A DNA stretch of 64,000 bases from Chlorokybus atmophyticus (Eukaryota > Plantae > Mesostigma and Chlorokybus algae). The position numbers were made by a program, and so were the translations under genes. The notes below the pieces were generated by a model. It was not told the DNA's origin. It worked only from the letters and a program-made list of their open reading frames with translations, and did no database searches. The stretch lies in the NCBI GenBank assembly GCA_009103225.1, contig RHPI01001132.1:248001-312000 (forward strand), read 5' to 3'. Positions 1-13,127 of this stretch are shown here, one piece after another. The stretch's first letter is position 1. The number at the start of each line of letters is the position of its first letter.

Positions 1-83
1 CGTGCGCGCACGCGTGAACACACACGCACGCACATACCCACCTATACATTTCTACACCCACCCGCACGCTCCCCCTCTCTCAC

Positions 84-1338
84 CCGTCATGTTCCAGTAG
101 GGCGCGCTCTCCGGCGCCCTCACTTTCTCCGTGAACTCAAGCCACAGCGGCGCCGCCTTCCTTATATCTTCTATGTGGAAGATCATGAAGCCGCCCACCT
201 GGGCCGTGATGGGGATGAGGTCTTCCGGCAAGAAGTGCTTGATCATGTCGTTCTTCACGCCGTCGAGGTAGCCGTAGCGGGCGGAGACGGCAGTACCACG
301 CTTGGCACCCAAGTCCTGGAGAGTGAGAGTGTGTGTGTGCGTGTGCGTGCGCGTGCGTGCGTGCGTGCGTGCGTGCATGGGTGTGCGTGCGTGCGTGCAT
401 GGATGTATTTGTGCGCTTGCCTACTTGTTGCTACCTTCCAAGTGCATCCTCTTTCGTATACAAGAGACCCAATTGCATAGAGTGTACTTTAGCATAATGC
501 ATAGTACGTAGTTATCTGCACACGCACGCACGCACGCACGCATGTACCATCACACTCACACTCACACTCACAGTCTCACTCACGCTCTCACCTCCGGTAT
601 TATCGGCGCCCTTATCAGCATATCCGCGTCCAATATGATGACGTACTCCGTGTCGGGGTGTATATCTTCTCCACCATGTTCGAGCCAGTGCGTGACGGAC
701 CACGGCTTGTTGTAGGGCGGGTACCAGTCGCCCGTCACGGGGTGGAGGGTGTACGACGGGTGCACGTGGGTACGCATCACGGAAGCGTACTTGTAGGAGG
801 AGAGGGAGGAGGAGGAGCAAGCCAGGAGACGGGTCATCGGACCGTACTTGGACATACCGCTCTGGGGGGAGAAGTGTGTGTGTGGGGGGGTGGGTGGGTG
901 GGTGAGTGTCAGCATGTGGGTATGTATGTGCGTGCGTGCGTGCGTGCGTGCGTGTGCCTGTGTGTGCGCACATGCGTGAGCACGTATGTCTGTGCCTGTG
1001 TCGAATGCATGCGTGTGTGCGCATGCCTGTAACAATCCCATCGTGTTGAAGAACAAGAGCAGGTAATGTTGCAATCAATACAAAAAGTTACAATGAGCAT
1101 GTCAATGTCAACAAACGCATGTCTTGAATGAGATGTCCTTCGCCTTTCTCACCTTTTCGAAGCTGTGCACGAGGCCGATGGATTGCCAATCAAAGTAGGT
1201 GTTGCATTCGGCGGAGAAGACCGTGTGCACGCGGGCGTGGGCGGCAGCTGCACGGGACGGCTTCACCTCCATCACCAACCATACACACAACCACAACCAT
1301 ACCCACACCAACCATGTTGTCGATGACACTCGCGCCAT
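84..1338 (-). CDS. SGT1: Peptidyl serine alpha-galactosyltransferase (SGT1/SERGT1-like); 3' part runs off the left edge of the window
   Basis: Exons 1338-1153, 861-592 and 315-84 are joined by in-phase GT-AG introns. They encode a signal/anchor peptide, then RVHTVFSAECNTYFDWQSIGLVHSF, GPMTRLLAC, HPVTGDWYPPYNKP, VIILDADM (DxD) and YGYL...VGG..HIEDIRKAAPLWLEFTEKVR, matching the plant SGT1 catalytic repeat. Confidence 0.88.
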
Positions 1339-2209
1339 GGTGCTGGTATAATCTCAGCTCAGGTCATGTCGTTCCGCACAACACATTGCTTTGTACTCCA
1401 ATCAATTTCACCTGCAATGATGGTGTGTGAGCAATGCAAGAGTGAGTGGTATGTAACGCTAAGTAGCTGTACAGCGCACAGTAACACATAGTCTCGCATC
1501 AACGCATGATTCCATAACAGCTTGAGCACGGTGAAGAATGCAGCTGATCCTTGCGTACAACAACAACAGTAAGACATAACGTATAGTCTATTCAACCTGG
1601 TTTTCACAGCCCTGATTGTAGTTAACTTGATGATCATATTGGCTCAACAAAGCAACCGCCCAAGGCTGGGAGCAATGGCTGCCATCAACACCATGTACAT
1701 GCAGCTGAACATGACAACATCTGAAAGCAGCACTCCGGTAAAACAATATTCCTGTTGTGGCACTGTCGCAGCGGCGCCAACACAAGAACGCGTGTACATA
1801 TATCAAGACGCACAACGCACACCAACGACCACACACATGGTGTTGACTAGGCGATATAGGTGTACTGTTTCTGTCAGCCACACAATGTCCCACCTCCATA
1901 CTCTCACAGCCATGTCATGTCCACATCCCGACACTGACGCCACACAAAAAAGGGCAAGCCCTCCTACTCAAACGTATATAGTAGCAACAAAACAACTCTT
2001 CTCGAGCTCCTGCCACGCGGAGCGAGGCGCTACCGCCGCCGCCGCCGCCGCCGCGGGATGGTTGTTAGCTGCTATCACGCAGATGAGTCATACACTACTC
2101 ATTATAAAGGCATAAAGCGCGTCGCTTCATGACGCTTTTATCGTGATGCTTGTGGGGGTTGAACTGCAAGAAACAACAAAAGATTTGGCCAGATGTTTGA
2201 ATTTGCATC

Positions 2210-2281
2210 TGTGGCTGCTGGGATTCGAGCCCAGGTCTCCACGGCCACAACGTGGGATTCTCACCACTAAACTACAGCCAC
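2210..2281 (-). tRNA. tRNA-His (GUG)
   Basis: The reverse complement GTGGCTGTAGTTTAGTGGTGAGAATCCCACGTTGTGGCCGTGGAGACCTGGGCTCGAATCCCAGCAGCCACA folds as a cloverleaf with anticodon stem CCACG/CGTGG and loop TTGTGGC. There is a TATA-like tract about 20-40 nt upstream, CAA at -8 and TTTT about 30 nt downstream. G-1 is not encoded (C at -1), as is usual for eukaryotic tRNA-His. Confidence 0.97.
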
Positions 2282-3137
2282 GTTCGTTGAAGCAATGGGC
2301 TTCTATAACATATATAATATACAATAATTACGTTGCACAAGCATTACCGTCACGATTGTCGGAAACGCGTCACATGGCTCTAATCACTCCAATCACGTGC
2401 CCCTGATGGGCTACATTTGCGCGGTGTGTTAGGGTTGGGGCCTACGCCTACGCCTACGCCTACAGCAGCGGCGGCGGCGGTGGTGCTGAACACGGAGGAC
2501 GTGGAGATGGGGGTTGTGTAAGACATCCTCCTGTGGACTAGTAACTTCCATTGCCTTGGGCTAGTTGCGGACACAGCATGAGGAGGAGGGCGTATGTGTA
2601 GCCCAAACGCTCTGCTGCTTGGGGCAGGCCCCCTGCTGGTTGTGTCCAACGCAACTTAGCGGCGGCAGAGACAGAGGAGGAGGATAACGAGTAGAACGAG
2701 GACAAGGAGGAGGAGGAGCAGCAGCAGCAGCAGGAGGAGGAGGCGGAGGAGAGTGGCTAGGTTGTAGTGGTTGTTAGGGGTTCAGTCGGTGGTGGCGCAC
2801 TGCAGTTGCAGGGGTAAGTGGCACGACTGATATACACGGCAGTCTGCATTGTCTTCACTGTGTTGCTGTCTGTTGCTTTTCTTGTTAGCCAATTGGTATG
2901 CTCAATCGCTTCTGCTCTCCATTGCATACAGCAAACAAAGTCTTCTTCCCAGGCTTGAATCCAAAGGACCAAAGAAGCAGTGGTATCATTCTTGTCATGG
3001 AGGCAGAAACAAGGATATAGGTGGGTGTGATCAGAACAACAAGGACATGTATTGTTGTAGCGTATGCCAGAAGGCTGATGTATGTGTCGATTTGCGTGTA
3101 GTAGACAGGTGTTGCTACATTCCTCGGCAGGTGGCCA

Positions 3138-5590
3138 ATGATACACACTCCGCGCATGATACACATGGCCGTCGCCGCCGACAACGGTAAGCTTACGCCT
3201 GTATTGTGTACACATACGCGCACGAGCACGTGCACGAGCACAAGGACATGTGAGTCACAGGCACAACCGCTCACACACGCACACACCCGTGAACACGCGC
3301 ACGTGCACGCGCATGCACACGCACACGCACGCACGCACGCACACGCACGCACTGTGTCACGCGCATCACACTCAAGCCATGCACGCCAGGCAAAGGCGTC
3401 GGCGACGTCTACAGTACCGCCGACACCTTCACCGACGACCCCTCCTCCTCCTCCTCCTCCTCCACCTCTCCCCCCGACCCCTCGTCCTCCTCCTCCCGTC
3501 CTCGTCGCCATCGCTCTCCCCTCCTCTGCGCGCGCCACGCCCGCTTAGTGTTACTCCTCCTCCTCCCCCTCGGGCTACTCGCCACCGCGGCGGCCGCGGC
3601 GGGTTGGGCGGCGCACGCGGCGGCGGACAAGAAGAGACTGTCCAATGGGGTGAGAGAGGATGAGGGGATGATCCAACAAAACCATCAACATCCACAACCA
3701 CAACCACAACCACCACCACCACCACAACAAATTGTATTACAGCTACTACCACTACCACTACCACTACCACTACCACTACCACTACCATGTTGTTGTTGTT
3801 AGTGGTGGTGGTGATGACGTGTGGAAGACACAGCAATACAGAGCTGCTTGTTTTCGTGCAGGTATCTGTTGCTATCGGTGTTGGTGTTGCGTTGGGGGTC
3901 GCGTTGGGTTTCGTGCTTGCCTTCGCGGGGCCGTGGTGGGCTGGCAGGCGCTGGCTGATGAAGCGATACAACAACTCGCGCGTGAAACCACTGTTGTTAC
4001 AAACACCCAACACCCACATCCAGCAACAACAACAACAGCAACAACAGCAGGGAGACCACTTCACCTACACCGAGCCACACCCACGCACAAGCCTCACTAT
4101 CACCAACGGTCCTGAACCCGGCACCCTGGTTTGGGACCCGCAGGGAGGACCGAACCCAGGACCCACCTTATTGGAGATATCTTTGAATCATAGAGCCAAT
4201 GCAGCACGGCTATCGATGGAAGCCGCTAGCAGCAGTCCGGGTCAGGTCCCTTATAATTCGGGTCCCAACCCTTTACTAGAAGAGAGGGGAGGAGGAGAGG
4301 TCCGAGACCCGACCTGGGACCCAACAGGGGCAACAGACCTGGCCCAGGACCTGAGTCAGGTCCTGGGATTAGCAGCAGAGTTGGGTCTGGACCTGACCCG
4401 GGGCGAGGGACGGGATAAGGACCTTATGCTCATAGCGTGGGAGGCGTGGCGAGCCTCGTTGCCAACAAACTGGTGTCGTTATGTTGATAATGTTAGCGGG
4501 AGGGTGTATTATGGCAACGCCATCACGCGTGAGTCCACGTGGAGACACCCTTTGGAGCAGGAGTACAGGACCCGAGTGGTGAGAGTGAGAGCAGAGAGAG
4601 ATACAACAACCCAACAACCGACACAACATATACAACATACACAGCAAGATGATTGTGAGGACGGGACCAGCGTGAGAACCACAGCGAGCTCATCCTTTGC
4701 AACAGATGCGACGGATTTCAGCGGGTCCGACGTGCTGAGCATGACGGTGATACAGCGTGACAGAGGTGGAGGAGCAGCCAACACCAACACCCACAACAAC
4801 AACAATAACACCAACACCAACATCAAACACCCACACTTAAACACGGGTCCACTCCGTCTCCATCGCACGATGAGCGCTCTCCCATCAGTACGCTCCACCC
4901 ACGCCGGCGATATCAACGACCCCGACGACAACATCAACATCAACAACAATAACAACATGTTGGACCCAATGTCCACATCATACTCGGAGCTTAAGGTGGA
5001 TAACGATAACGATGGCGCGGGGCCGATGTCGATGTCAATGTCGATGTCGATGTCGCTACCGTTGGGTGGAGAGAGAGAGGGCGCGAATGCGAGTCTGCGG
5101 AATAGTTGGCAGGAGGCGCAAAGGGAGAGGAGAGAGAGACAGGAGGTGTCGAGGTGGAGGCAGAGGTGGCAACAGGATGAACGACGCACGCCTGTGAGTG
5201 GTGTTGGGATCAAAGCGTGTGTGCGCGAGTGTCCTACGTATACATGCACGCACATACATACTTGCGTGCATGTATCTGCGTGCACACGCGTGCGTACATG
5301 TGTAAGCATGCGCACGCACGCGCGTGCTTGCATGTTGTGTGCATAGGCTGTGAACGAGGTTTTTTTGCAGGCATTAGACACGCATGAGGAGGGGTCGAAT
5401 GAGGGCAACACATCCCCGACAACAGACTCGCTCACAGAGTCAGTGCGTTCCGGCAACACTCGCCTACAGGTGAGTGACTCTCAGACACTCACATAAACAT
5501 CGTCAAACAAAACACACACACAACTGACCCGCGCATGCGCAGTCTCCGGGGCTCTCGCCGCTATCGCTACCCGCCACGCCTCCAATAGTG
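3138..5590 (+). CDS. Membrane protein with two hydrophobic segments and a CEP164-type WW module; 3' end uncertain
   Basis: Phase-compatible exons are 3138-3186, 3390-3649, 3862-5193, 5347-5469 and 5543-5590. The hydrophobic segments are LVLLLLLPLGLLATAAAAAGW and VSVAIGVGVALGVALGFVLAFAG. About 4350-4590 encodes LAAELGLDL..DKDLMLIAWEAWRASLPTNW..YVDNVSGRVYYGNAITRESTWRHPLEQEY. Confidence 0.62.
3746..3787. repeat. (CTACCA)7 intronic microsatellite
   Basis: Seven perfect hexamer units read directly from the sequence, next to CCA/CAA tracts in intron 3650-3861. Confidence 0.9.
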
Positions 5591-5768
5591 GTAAGCACAT
5601 CCTAACATAACACACAACCTGTCACAAACAGACTGAAAATGCTTTACAGAAAGTGAACACAGCATGTGGCATTTTTCCTTTTGGCAGACTGAGTTGGATG
5701 CGTGGCGACGGCCGCTTGTATTGGGTTTGCCGGAGCCATCCCCGCACGCTTGGGACAATTGAGTTGCG

Positions 5769-5799
5769 TTGGGTTGGGTTGGGTTGGGTTGGGTTGGGT
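5769..5799 (+). repeat. (TTGGG)n pentamer tract with G-quadruplex potential
   Basis: Six GGG runs spaced by TT at 5771-5798. Confidence 0.85.
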
Positions 5800-6193
5800 A
5801 GGATTGAGTTGAGTTGTTTTAGCGGGTGTAGTCATACTTGGTCCCTATATATAAACCACTTTGGTCTGTTGGTGTTCAATGTCTACGTTATACCTCTAAC
5901 TCGTGTGTTCCACTGCTAAGTATGTCATTGATGTGATGCAACCAAAGTGAATCATACTATCACGGCCACTATAGCTAGCAACAGGAGGACAACAACAACA
6001 ACAATGCACTAGTCAGCAGATATAACACACATATGCATATCAAGGCAGCAGTTGGTAGAAGCTCACGCATGAAGTGTGCACACATGCACACATGCACAGA
6101 CGCACGCGCGCGCACACACGCAACTAGTATGAGCCTACACGCAACGCATGCACAAAATGTACAGAAACATGAACCAATCATGTTGTATCATGT

Positions 6194-8536
6194 TCACCCG
6201 GGTGAGCTTTTCCTCCTCGGCGCGCGCAAATGCGCCAGATATGGGCTTTTGGATCTATCCGCTTCATGCAGGAGACTTTTCTTCTTTACCGGCTTGAACG
6301 GGCTCTGTATGGACCTCCTCCCTTCATTCACATGAGCACCACTATAGTTGGGTGATTCCTTCACAGGTCTGTTTACGCCAACGAACGTGTCGGATCCACT
6401 ATTTGGCACTACAGAGGAACAACACGCATCCCCGGTGCCAATGTTGTCTTGTTCTTCTTCTTCTTCTTCTTCTTCTTCATTGAAAGATGTACTGTCGCTC
6501 TGCAATGGAGTTGCTTGTAACAAATGCATGGCTTCTGTCTCTCTCATCAACTCATGCACCTGCACACACTGGTTGGGGTGAAAACACGTTCACTCTCACC
6601 TGCCCAAACACGAGCGTGAGGTGTGTTGACACGTATGATATTAGAGTTGTGATAGTAAAGCTGCTGCAACCTTACCTCTGCTGCGGCTTCACGACTTGAT
6701 TCGCTTGCTGCCAACGCATTCAACGCACGCTCTTGGCTTTCACTTGTGTCTGAGTCGTCTGCGCTACACAACAACTGTCATTGCACGCGGTACACACGCA
6801 CACGCACACGCACACGCGCGTGCGCACCCACGCACACCCACCTCTGTGTTGCGCGAAGACCTCTTCAAACTCGCCATCCCGAGCGAAAATCTCCTCATCA
6901 TAGCCATCAACTCCCCTCAACCCGTCGGTATCAATGCGCGCCACCCGCATCGCCCGCCCGAGCACCTCCAAGTCAGTAATATCGCCGCCCGCTCTGCCGA
7001 TATCATCAGACAGGCCTCTTGGCGCCTGTGATATCAGCTGAGGGGGCGGATGGAGGAAGCGGGCGAGGTCGATAGCGGTGTCGAGGCTCACCCCGCAAAC
7101 TCTGAACATGTGTACACACGAAGATGTTGAGTATTACACACAACCACAATGCTTCTAATGTTGTCATTCTCACCTCAAGTTGGGTCCCCCGACGTTTGTC
7201 CAATCGTTGCACTGCTCGTGCAAAGGTCGAGGAGAGAGCTCACCTCCCAGCCCGGGACGACGCCTCACGCCCGCGCGCCTCTTCAACACAAGCATGCTGG
7301 CATGTTGGTGCGTCATTGATTTGCAGAGCAACCCAATTACCGATGTGTTGCGCTCACCTCCGTGGAGTGATGCTGTTGGGTGGATGTTGTTGATGATGAT
7401 GTGGATGGCGCATCATGGAGTGTTTCTGTTGTTGAAAGCGAGATGCGTGATGACCTTGTTGGTCGGGTGGAGTGGCAGCAGCAGGAGCATGGCATGTGGG
7501 AACAACATGATGCGTGTGCGTGTGTGTGCGTGCGTGTGTGTGCGTATTTTACCTCCGTAGAGCTGGCGGTCAAAGGCTTCGAGCCAGCGGGACAGCTGCT
7601 CCTCTTGTGCCCGCTCCAGCTGTGTGTATGTGTATGTGTATGTGTATGCGCGCGCGTGAATATGCGAGAGGGTGCAGTATGATTGACTGCATGTACGTGT
7701 GCGCGTGCGTGCGCGCGTGTGTGTTCGTGCCTGTGTGCGCACGCACGCGCACGCAGGTATGTATGTGTGCGCGTGTGTACATGTGTGCATAAGTGTGTGC
7801 CTGCGTGCGCGTGCGTGTGTGCGTGTGTTGGGGTTGGGGGTGGGTGGTGGTGGTGGGGAGGCGGGGGCAAACATCGCGAGTTCATTACCACCAGTTGGTG
7901 ACACCATGGTGATTCATTGAAAGCACAACAAGTGGTTGACGAACCATAATGATATGGTGTAAGGACATTGTAGCACGCGCTTCAAGTTTCCACACAACTT
8001 TCAGTGTAGCATCACGAGTCGTGATATGATACCGCTAGACTAAATACAATAGAATTGGCGGTTACAACCTCATTAATAGTATAAACGAGCGTGCGNGCGT
8101 GCGTGTGCGGGCACGCGCACACGCACACGCACACCAATCAAGATTCCAAGCTCTTGTGCATGCCGATATGCAACGAGTACGGAAGCAAAGCTTCTCTGCT
8201 TGATGGTTGGGGCTTAGGTAGGCGTGACACAAGAACCTATTCGTGCACCCAACTGACCGGACAGGCAGGAATGCAGCCTTTCTCAGACTCAGCGAAAGCT
8301 ATTACCGCACAGTAGACTACATGCATGCATGTTGTCTACTTGTATGCACACACACATTTGAGCATGTAAACAACAGCTGGTATTATATCACACTGTAAAA
8401 GCCTGACCTCTGAAGAAGCTGGGCTCCAAGGCAGCTCCGCCCCCTCTTCCCCCTCTCCATCCCAGCAACAGCCGTCGTATTCAAGGCTCACTGGATTCTC
8501 TACGCCGCCGCTCCAGCGCTCCACGCCGCCCATCAT
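6194..8536 (-). CDS. FAM149-like (DUF3719) protein; 5' end uncertain, may extend to about 8760
   Basis: Exons encode LERAQEEQLSRWLEAFDRQLYG (7619-7553), HEQCNDWTNVGGPNLR joined in phase 2 to VCGVSL, and YDEEIFARDGEFEEVFAQH. These resemble the FAM149 motifs 'F.e.e..Lf.G / EC.eW...hLRv.G / G.lEEy.A.d' recalled from memory. The last exon ends at TGA 6194. Confidence 0.55.
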
Positions 8537-9119
8537 GCCGCCGCCGCTGCCACGTGGCAAACAAGGCCAGTATTCCCATACAGAAGCTAATGCTGATTCT
8601 TGTTGAGGAGTATCGTGACGCGGTTACGAAACGGCGCTGTTACGTGTCGGACAACTTGTCATCTGTATATGCACTTCCACTTTATATTCTTTTGACCAGA
8701 GCTGGCGAGAGAGAAGCAGGCGGCGGCGGCGGTGTGGTTGTGCTCGTCGTCGCCGCCATTGCTGTGGTCTTACATTGGCTTGGGGCCTGAGCTGATTTGA
8801 GTGGTGGTGGGAGCGGCGGCGTGCGACAACAAGGAGCGGCCTGTGCGGCTGCAGCTGCACGTTGATCGTATGCAACACTATGTTGTAAACCTTACATGTC
8901 GTTGCGATTATTATGCTGTAGTACTTATGTCTGTTTTATACCAAAACACTTCACTATGCACAATTGCCTGCAATTGTGTACAATTGCTTGTCCACACCGC
9001 TGACACAATGTGTTGATGGGCATGTCATTTGCAGCAGAAAGCAACATAGTCGGTGTCATAGACGGAACCTGTATCTGATTGTGAGAGAGGGCGCTGCCGC
9101 TGATTGACAGTACATCACA

Positions 9120-11037
9120 ATGAGCTTCCTCGGGTTGGGCAGGTGAGTTACACACACCTGATTGTGAAAGCAGCAAGATGCACACACAGTTGCATACAAA
9201 CTACAGTGTTTCTACTGCGCATGTATGCCAGATTGTGTGTGACCGTACAGAGACATGTTTAAGGTAAACGTCTGTACAGCATTTGCGTACATTTCAGTAC
9301 AACACATGGATATATAGTTACCATGACTTAAAACATGCGCGGAGGACTTATACTTACACGCTTTTGGGACATTTTTCTACGACTCCCTCATCAAAGCTGT
9401 TACACAAGTATGCATGTGTGCGTGCGCTCGCACGTCCTCGCATGTGTGTGTGTTTTGCACACGGGTGTATGCGTCTGGGCGCACACGAGCAAGCGTGCGC
9501 ACTCGTGTGCATGTGCATGCGGGTAGGTGCGTGTGTGCATACGCCCGTAAGCATGTGCACACGTGTTTGTTCATGGCAATGGACGTCACTCGTATTTGTG
9601 TATAATATGCTACCTCCAGACTGTTGCTATCAGACAACCGTATCCAATTTCGTAGTCAGATGAACACACACGTACATGAGCACCTGCCATATTGTGGTAG
9701 TACGCAAGCCACTGCTCCACTTCTGTCATCCGCATGTACACAAACTATGCTCGTACCAAGTCTTGCACGCATGGTTGCGCAGTCGCAATCAGAAGACCTT
9801 CAGACCAAAGAAGAACACTCCCGTAGGAAGCAAGGTACATTATTTCGGCGGTCCCTTGCATAATCTTTTGGACATTCTGACATCCAATACTTCTTGCGCT
9901 CGTTACTGTTCTCATATTCATCTGGTTGCATGAATACAACAGGGTGGTTTCTGTCGAACAGCCGATGTCTTCCCAACTGATTGACTACTTTTCTGTTTTG
10001 CAGGGCTTGCAGCTGAGACAGCACATCGATGCAACACTTGGGAGTGGCAACCTGCGCGATGCCGTGCGGTTGCCGCCAGGAGAGGATCTCAACGAGTGGC
10101 TCGCAGTCAACAGTAAGCATGCTTGGCAGCACACACCACCAACACCACACTTGACGATGTGTCTTTGCCTCTCATGACTTTCTTTTTTCCAGCGGTGGAC
10201 TTCTTCAACCAGATCAACCTGCTGTACGGCACCATCACGGAGTTCTGCACGCCGCAGGACTGCCCGCGCATGACTGCCGGCGCAAAGTGAGCACGTGTGT
10301 GCTTATTGTTCACGCGTACACATACAGGGTCAGGTCATTGGTAATTTGGCTATAGCCCAACCTGTGGCTATGTGTGTGTGTAAGCGTGCGCGTCTGCATG
10401 TGTGCGTGCGCGCGCGTGCACACTTGCAAGCGTGTGCGCGCGCACACATACATGCACATGCACGCGCAGTTATGAGAATGCTGTCTCACACGCTCACACG
10501 TAAAGCCAATGCGCTTGCTAGTGTAATGCATAATGACTGCTGCTGCTCGCAATGATGCCTGATTAACCCTTGCTGTTGCTTGCCAGCTTTGAGTATAGGT
10601 GGGCGGATGGCGTGAAGATTAAAAAGCCCATTGAGGTGTCCGCCCCGGAGTATGTGGAGTACCTCATGTCGTGGATTGAATCCCAGCTTGATGACGAGCA
10701 CGTGTTCCCGCAGCGATTAGGTACATACAAAACCCAACATGAATGTACGTATACAAGTACGTGTGCATGCGAAGTTCATGCAGGCCAATCCTTTTTCTCT
10801 GTGATAGGAGCAGCTTTCCCCAAATCCTTCTTGGAGACGGTGCGGACAATCTTCAAGCGGTTGTTCCGGGTGTACGCGCACATATACCACAACCACTTCC
10901 AGAAGATTTGCAGCCTCGGGGAGGAGGCCCACCTCAACACGTGCTTCAAGCACTTCATCTACTTCACACAGCAGTTCAACCTTATCGACCGCCGCGAGCT
11001 CGCACCCCTACAAGAACTCATCGACTCCTTCTCATGA
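9120..11037 (+). CDS. MOB1: MOB kinase activator 1
   Basis: Exons begin 9120-9142 and 9783-9834 and give [94 protein letters not shown] and [11 protein letters not shown]. Confidence 0.97.
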
Positions 11038-11704
11038 CCTTCAACCTCTGATTTGTCTGTGCTCTTCTGTCTCACGCATGTAGGCAAAGACATTACATGT
11101 GTTGTACTACACAAATGCATCAGTTGCACAGTCATTGTAAGATCCATGTGTTAGGACTACTGTGGGCTTGCTAAGTTGAGTTTGTGGCGTGCACGCGCAG
11201 AGCTGTGATTGTGCACAGCTTTAGATTATCTGCAAGTGGGTGATTGGAGTCAGTGTGAATTCTCTTTACACTTATGTGAATATCTTCTAGACTGTTATGT
11301 TTCAAATGTGTTTGGTATGGTTTTCGAGCTGCAAGCGCGGAGCCTGATGAAGTGTTCCACGTATTCAAACTTGCACTTCTTGGCACACTTCCAGGCTTCG
11401 CTTTCACTGCCATTTGTTAAATGCTGAGCTTGCATGAAATCAACCAAGGCCGCCCACAAGGCACTTGGGTGGGCTCATTGCAAAGTGCACCAGCACTGAT
11501 ATGCATGGCAAAAAGAGCAAGAACAGTCTCTGCATGAACCTATCACCTCTGTGACATTGCACAGTAACCAATGGAACAGCTGTCACACAACCAATATACA
11601 CCAACACTATATGCTATGGATACAAGGCAAATGTAATGCCTAAGGCTTGCACCTTAACAATGAGACCCACGCTCAGGTCCAGACGGCATGTCACCTGCAA
11701 ACAT

Positions 11705-13127
11705 CTAGCAAGCTGTCACTGCACCTTCACGCTCTTTCCTGCTGGCTTTCGCCGTCTTCTTCATCTCTTTCTCCCTCTTCTTCATCTCCTTCTTCTCCAT
11801 CTCCTGCTGCTTCTTCATCTCCTTCATCTGCTTGCGATTTTGTGCCGCCATCTCCGTCTCCATTTCCATATCGCTCTCACTCTCGCTACTGCTACTGCTG
11901 CTGTCATCCTCCTGAACCATCATCTGCTGCTTCTTCCCCTGCATGGTTGGCTTTGATGATGCATACTGCCTGTCCAAGAAGTTCTCTGTTCTCCCCTCAT
12001 CACGGATGCGCATAGCTTCCATCAGAACAGCCTCACGCTTGCTGCGGTCCATGTCATCGACAATGGCATTCAAATGCATTTTGTACATCTCCAGTTCAGC
12101 TGCACAGTGAAAGTGTGAGCATGAAGCAAGGCATACAGCAAAGGTTTCCTATTGTTCAGATATTAGTGCGTACCTTCTGGAGACTGTGCTTCAATCTGCG
12201 GAGTGATAGTCTGGCTGCGTTGTGCCAGGTTGCTGCCAGAGCAGTGTGTTTCCAACAATCTCTCAACCTGCGACCAACAACTCCAACTCAAAATGCATAG
12301 AGCATGACAAGTATGACATAGTTGCACAGCATTGGGTGCTGTCCAACCTTGTGCAACTGCCAATCAAATTGAGGAACAGAAAGCAAACGCAAACAACTAC
12401 TCAAGCACCTGTTCTGTGGTTTTTACTCCCGACACAATCTCCCCGTCGGGCCACACACGCACGTTGGGCCCCTTCTTGCACAGGTCCATGCATTTGGACA
12501 CCTCCTGCACCTCCACGCCCTCGGGCGCTGCATCGCGCAGGGCCTGCAGCGTCGCCATCGCGCCGTTGCGGCAGCAACTCTTCTTGGTACATACCTGTGT
12601 CCATTGGCAATGTGTGAATGACAGTCCGTGCATACAGTTGTGTCCTTGCAAGGTTGAAGTACAAGTGACATGTTCGTCTCGTTCTGCACCTGGAGAACAG
12701 CTTGTGTAGTCGTCATAGCCTCCTTCTGCGAGCCCGTGCTGGCAGGAGCACTGCTTTCAACAACCTAACCGAAGAAAGGGTCGATCATCAGAAACGACTG
12801 CTATTACCACCACCATTTAGCATAACAAAGGCACATCACTGATTGAAGGCCGCACATGAAGCAAGCGACCGGGTTGTGTTTGTGATAATCCAAGACATAG
12901 CGCGAATGGCAGGTTGTTCAGAACCTTGCACAACTTACCACAGCCGTGCTCTGAGCTCTGGCAGCCAGGAGGCGGCCTGGCCTGGCCGGTCTGTGTTGCT
13001 TTCTGCTGCTGGACCTCCGCGTGGCCGTGTAAAAACCCTGGTGGTCCGACCAGGCGCCAGCGGCAGCTGCCGCCTGCCCCAGCTGCTGCCTGCCCACCAT
13101 CGCCTGGGCCGCTATGCCCGTAGACAT
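11705..13127 (-). CDS. Plastid-targeted thioredoxin-like [2Fe-2S] ferredoxin-domain protein with charged low-complexity C-terminus; 3' end uncertain
   Basis: Exon 1 (13127-12939, GTAAGT donor) is rich in Ala/Ser/Arg, like a transit peptide. The domain VCTKKSCCRNGAMATLQAL...VQEVSKCMDLCKKGPNVRVWPDG has a C-x4/5-C...C-x3-C pattern. A K/E/M-rich tail follows at 12088-11705. Confidence 0.65.

Noticed and set aside
2757-3215. Cys-rich ORFs on both strands, suggesting a secreted peptide or zinc finger
   Set aside because: There is no ATG or recognisable motif, and the region fits a 5' UTR intron (GTAAGT 2815 to CAG 3130) of the WW gene.
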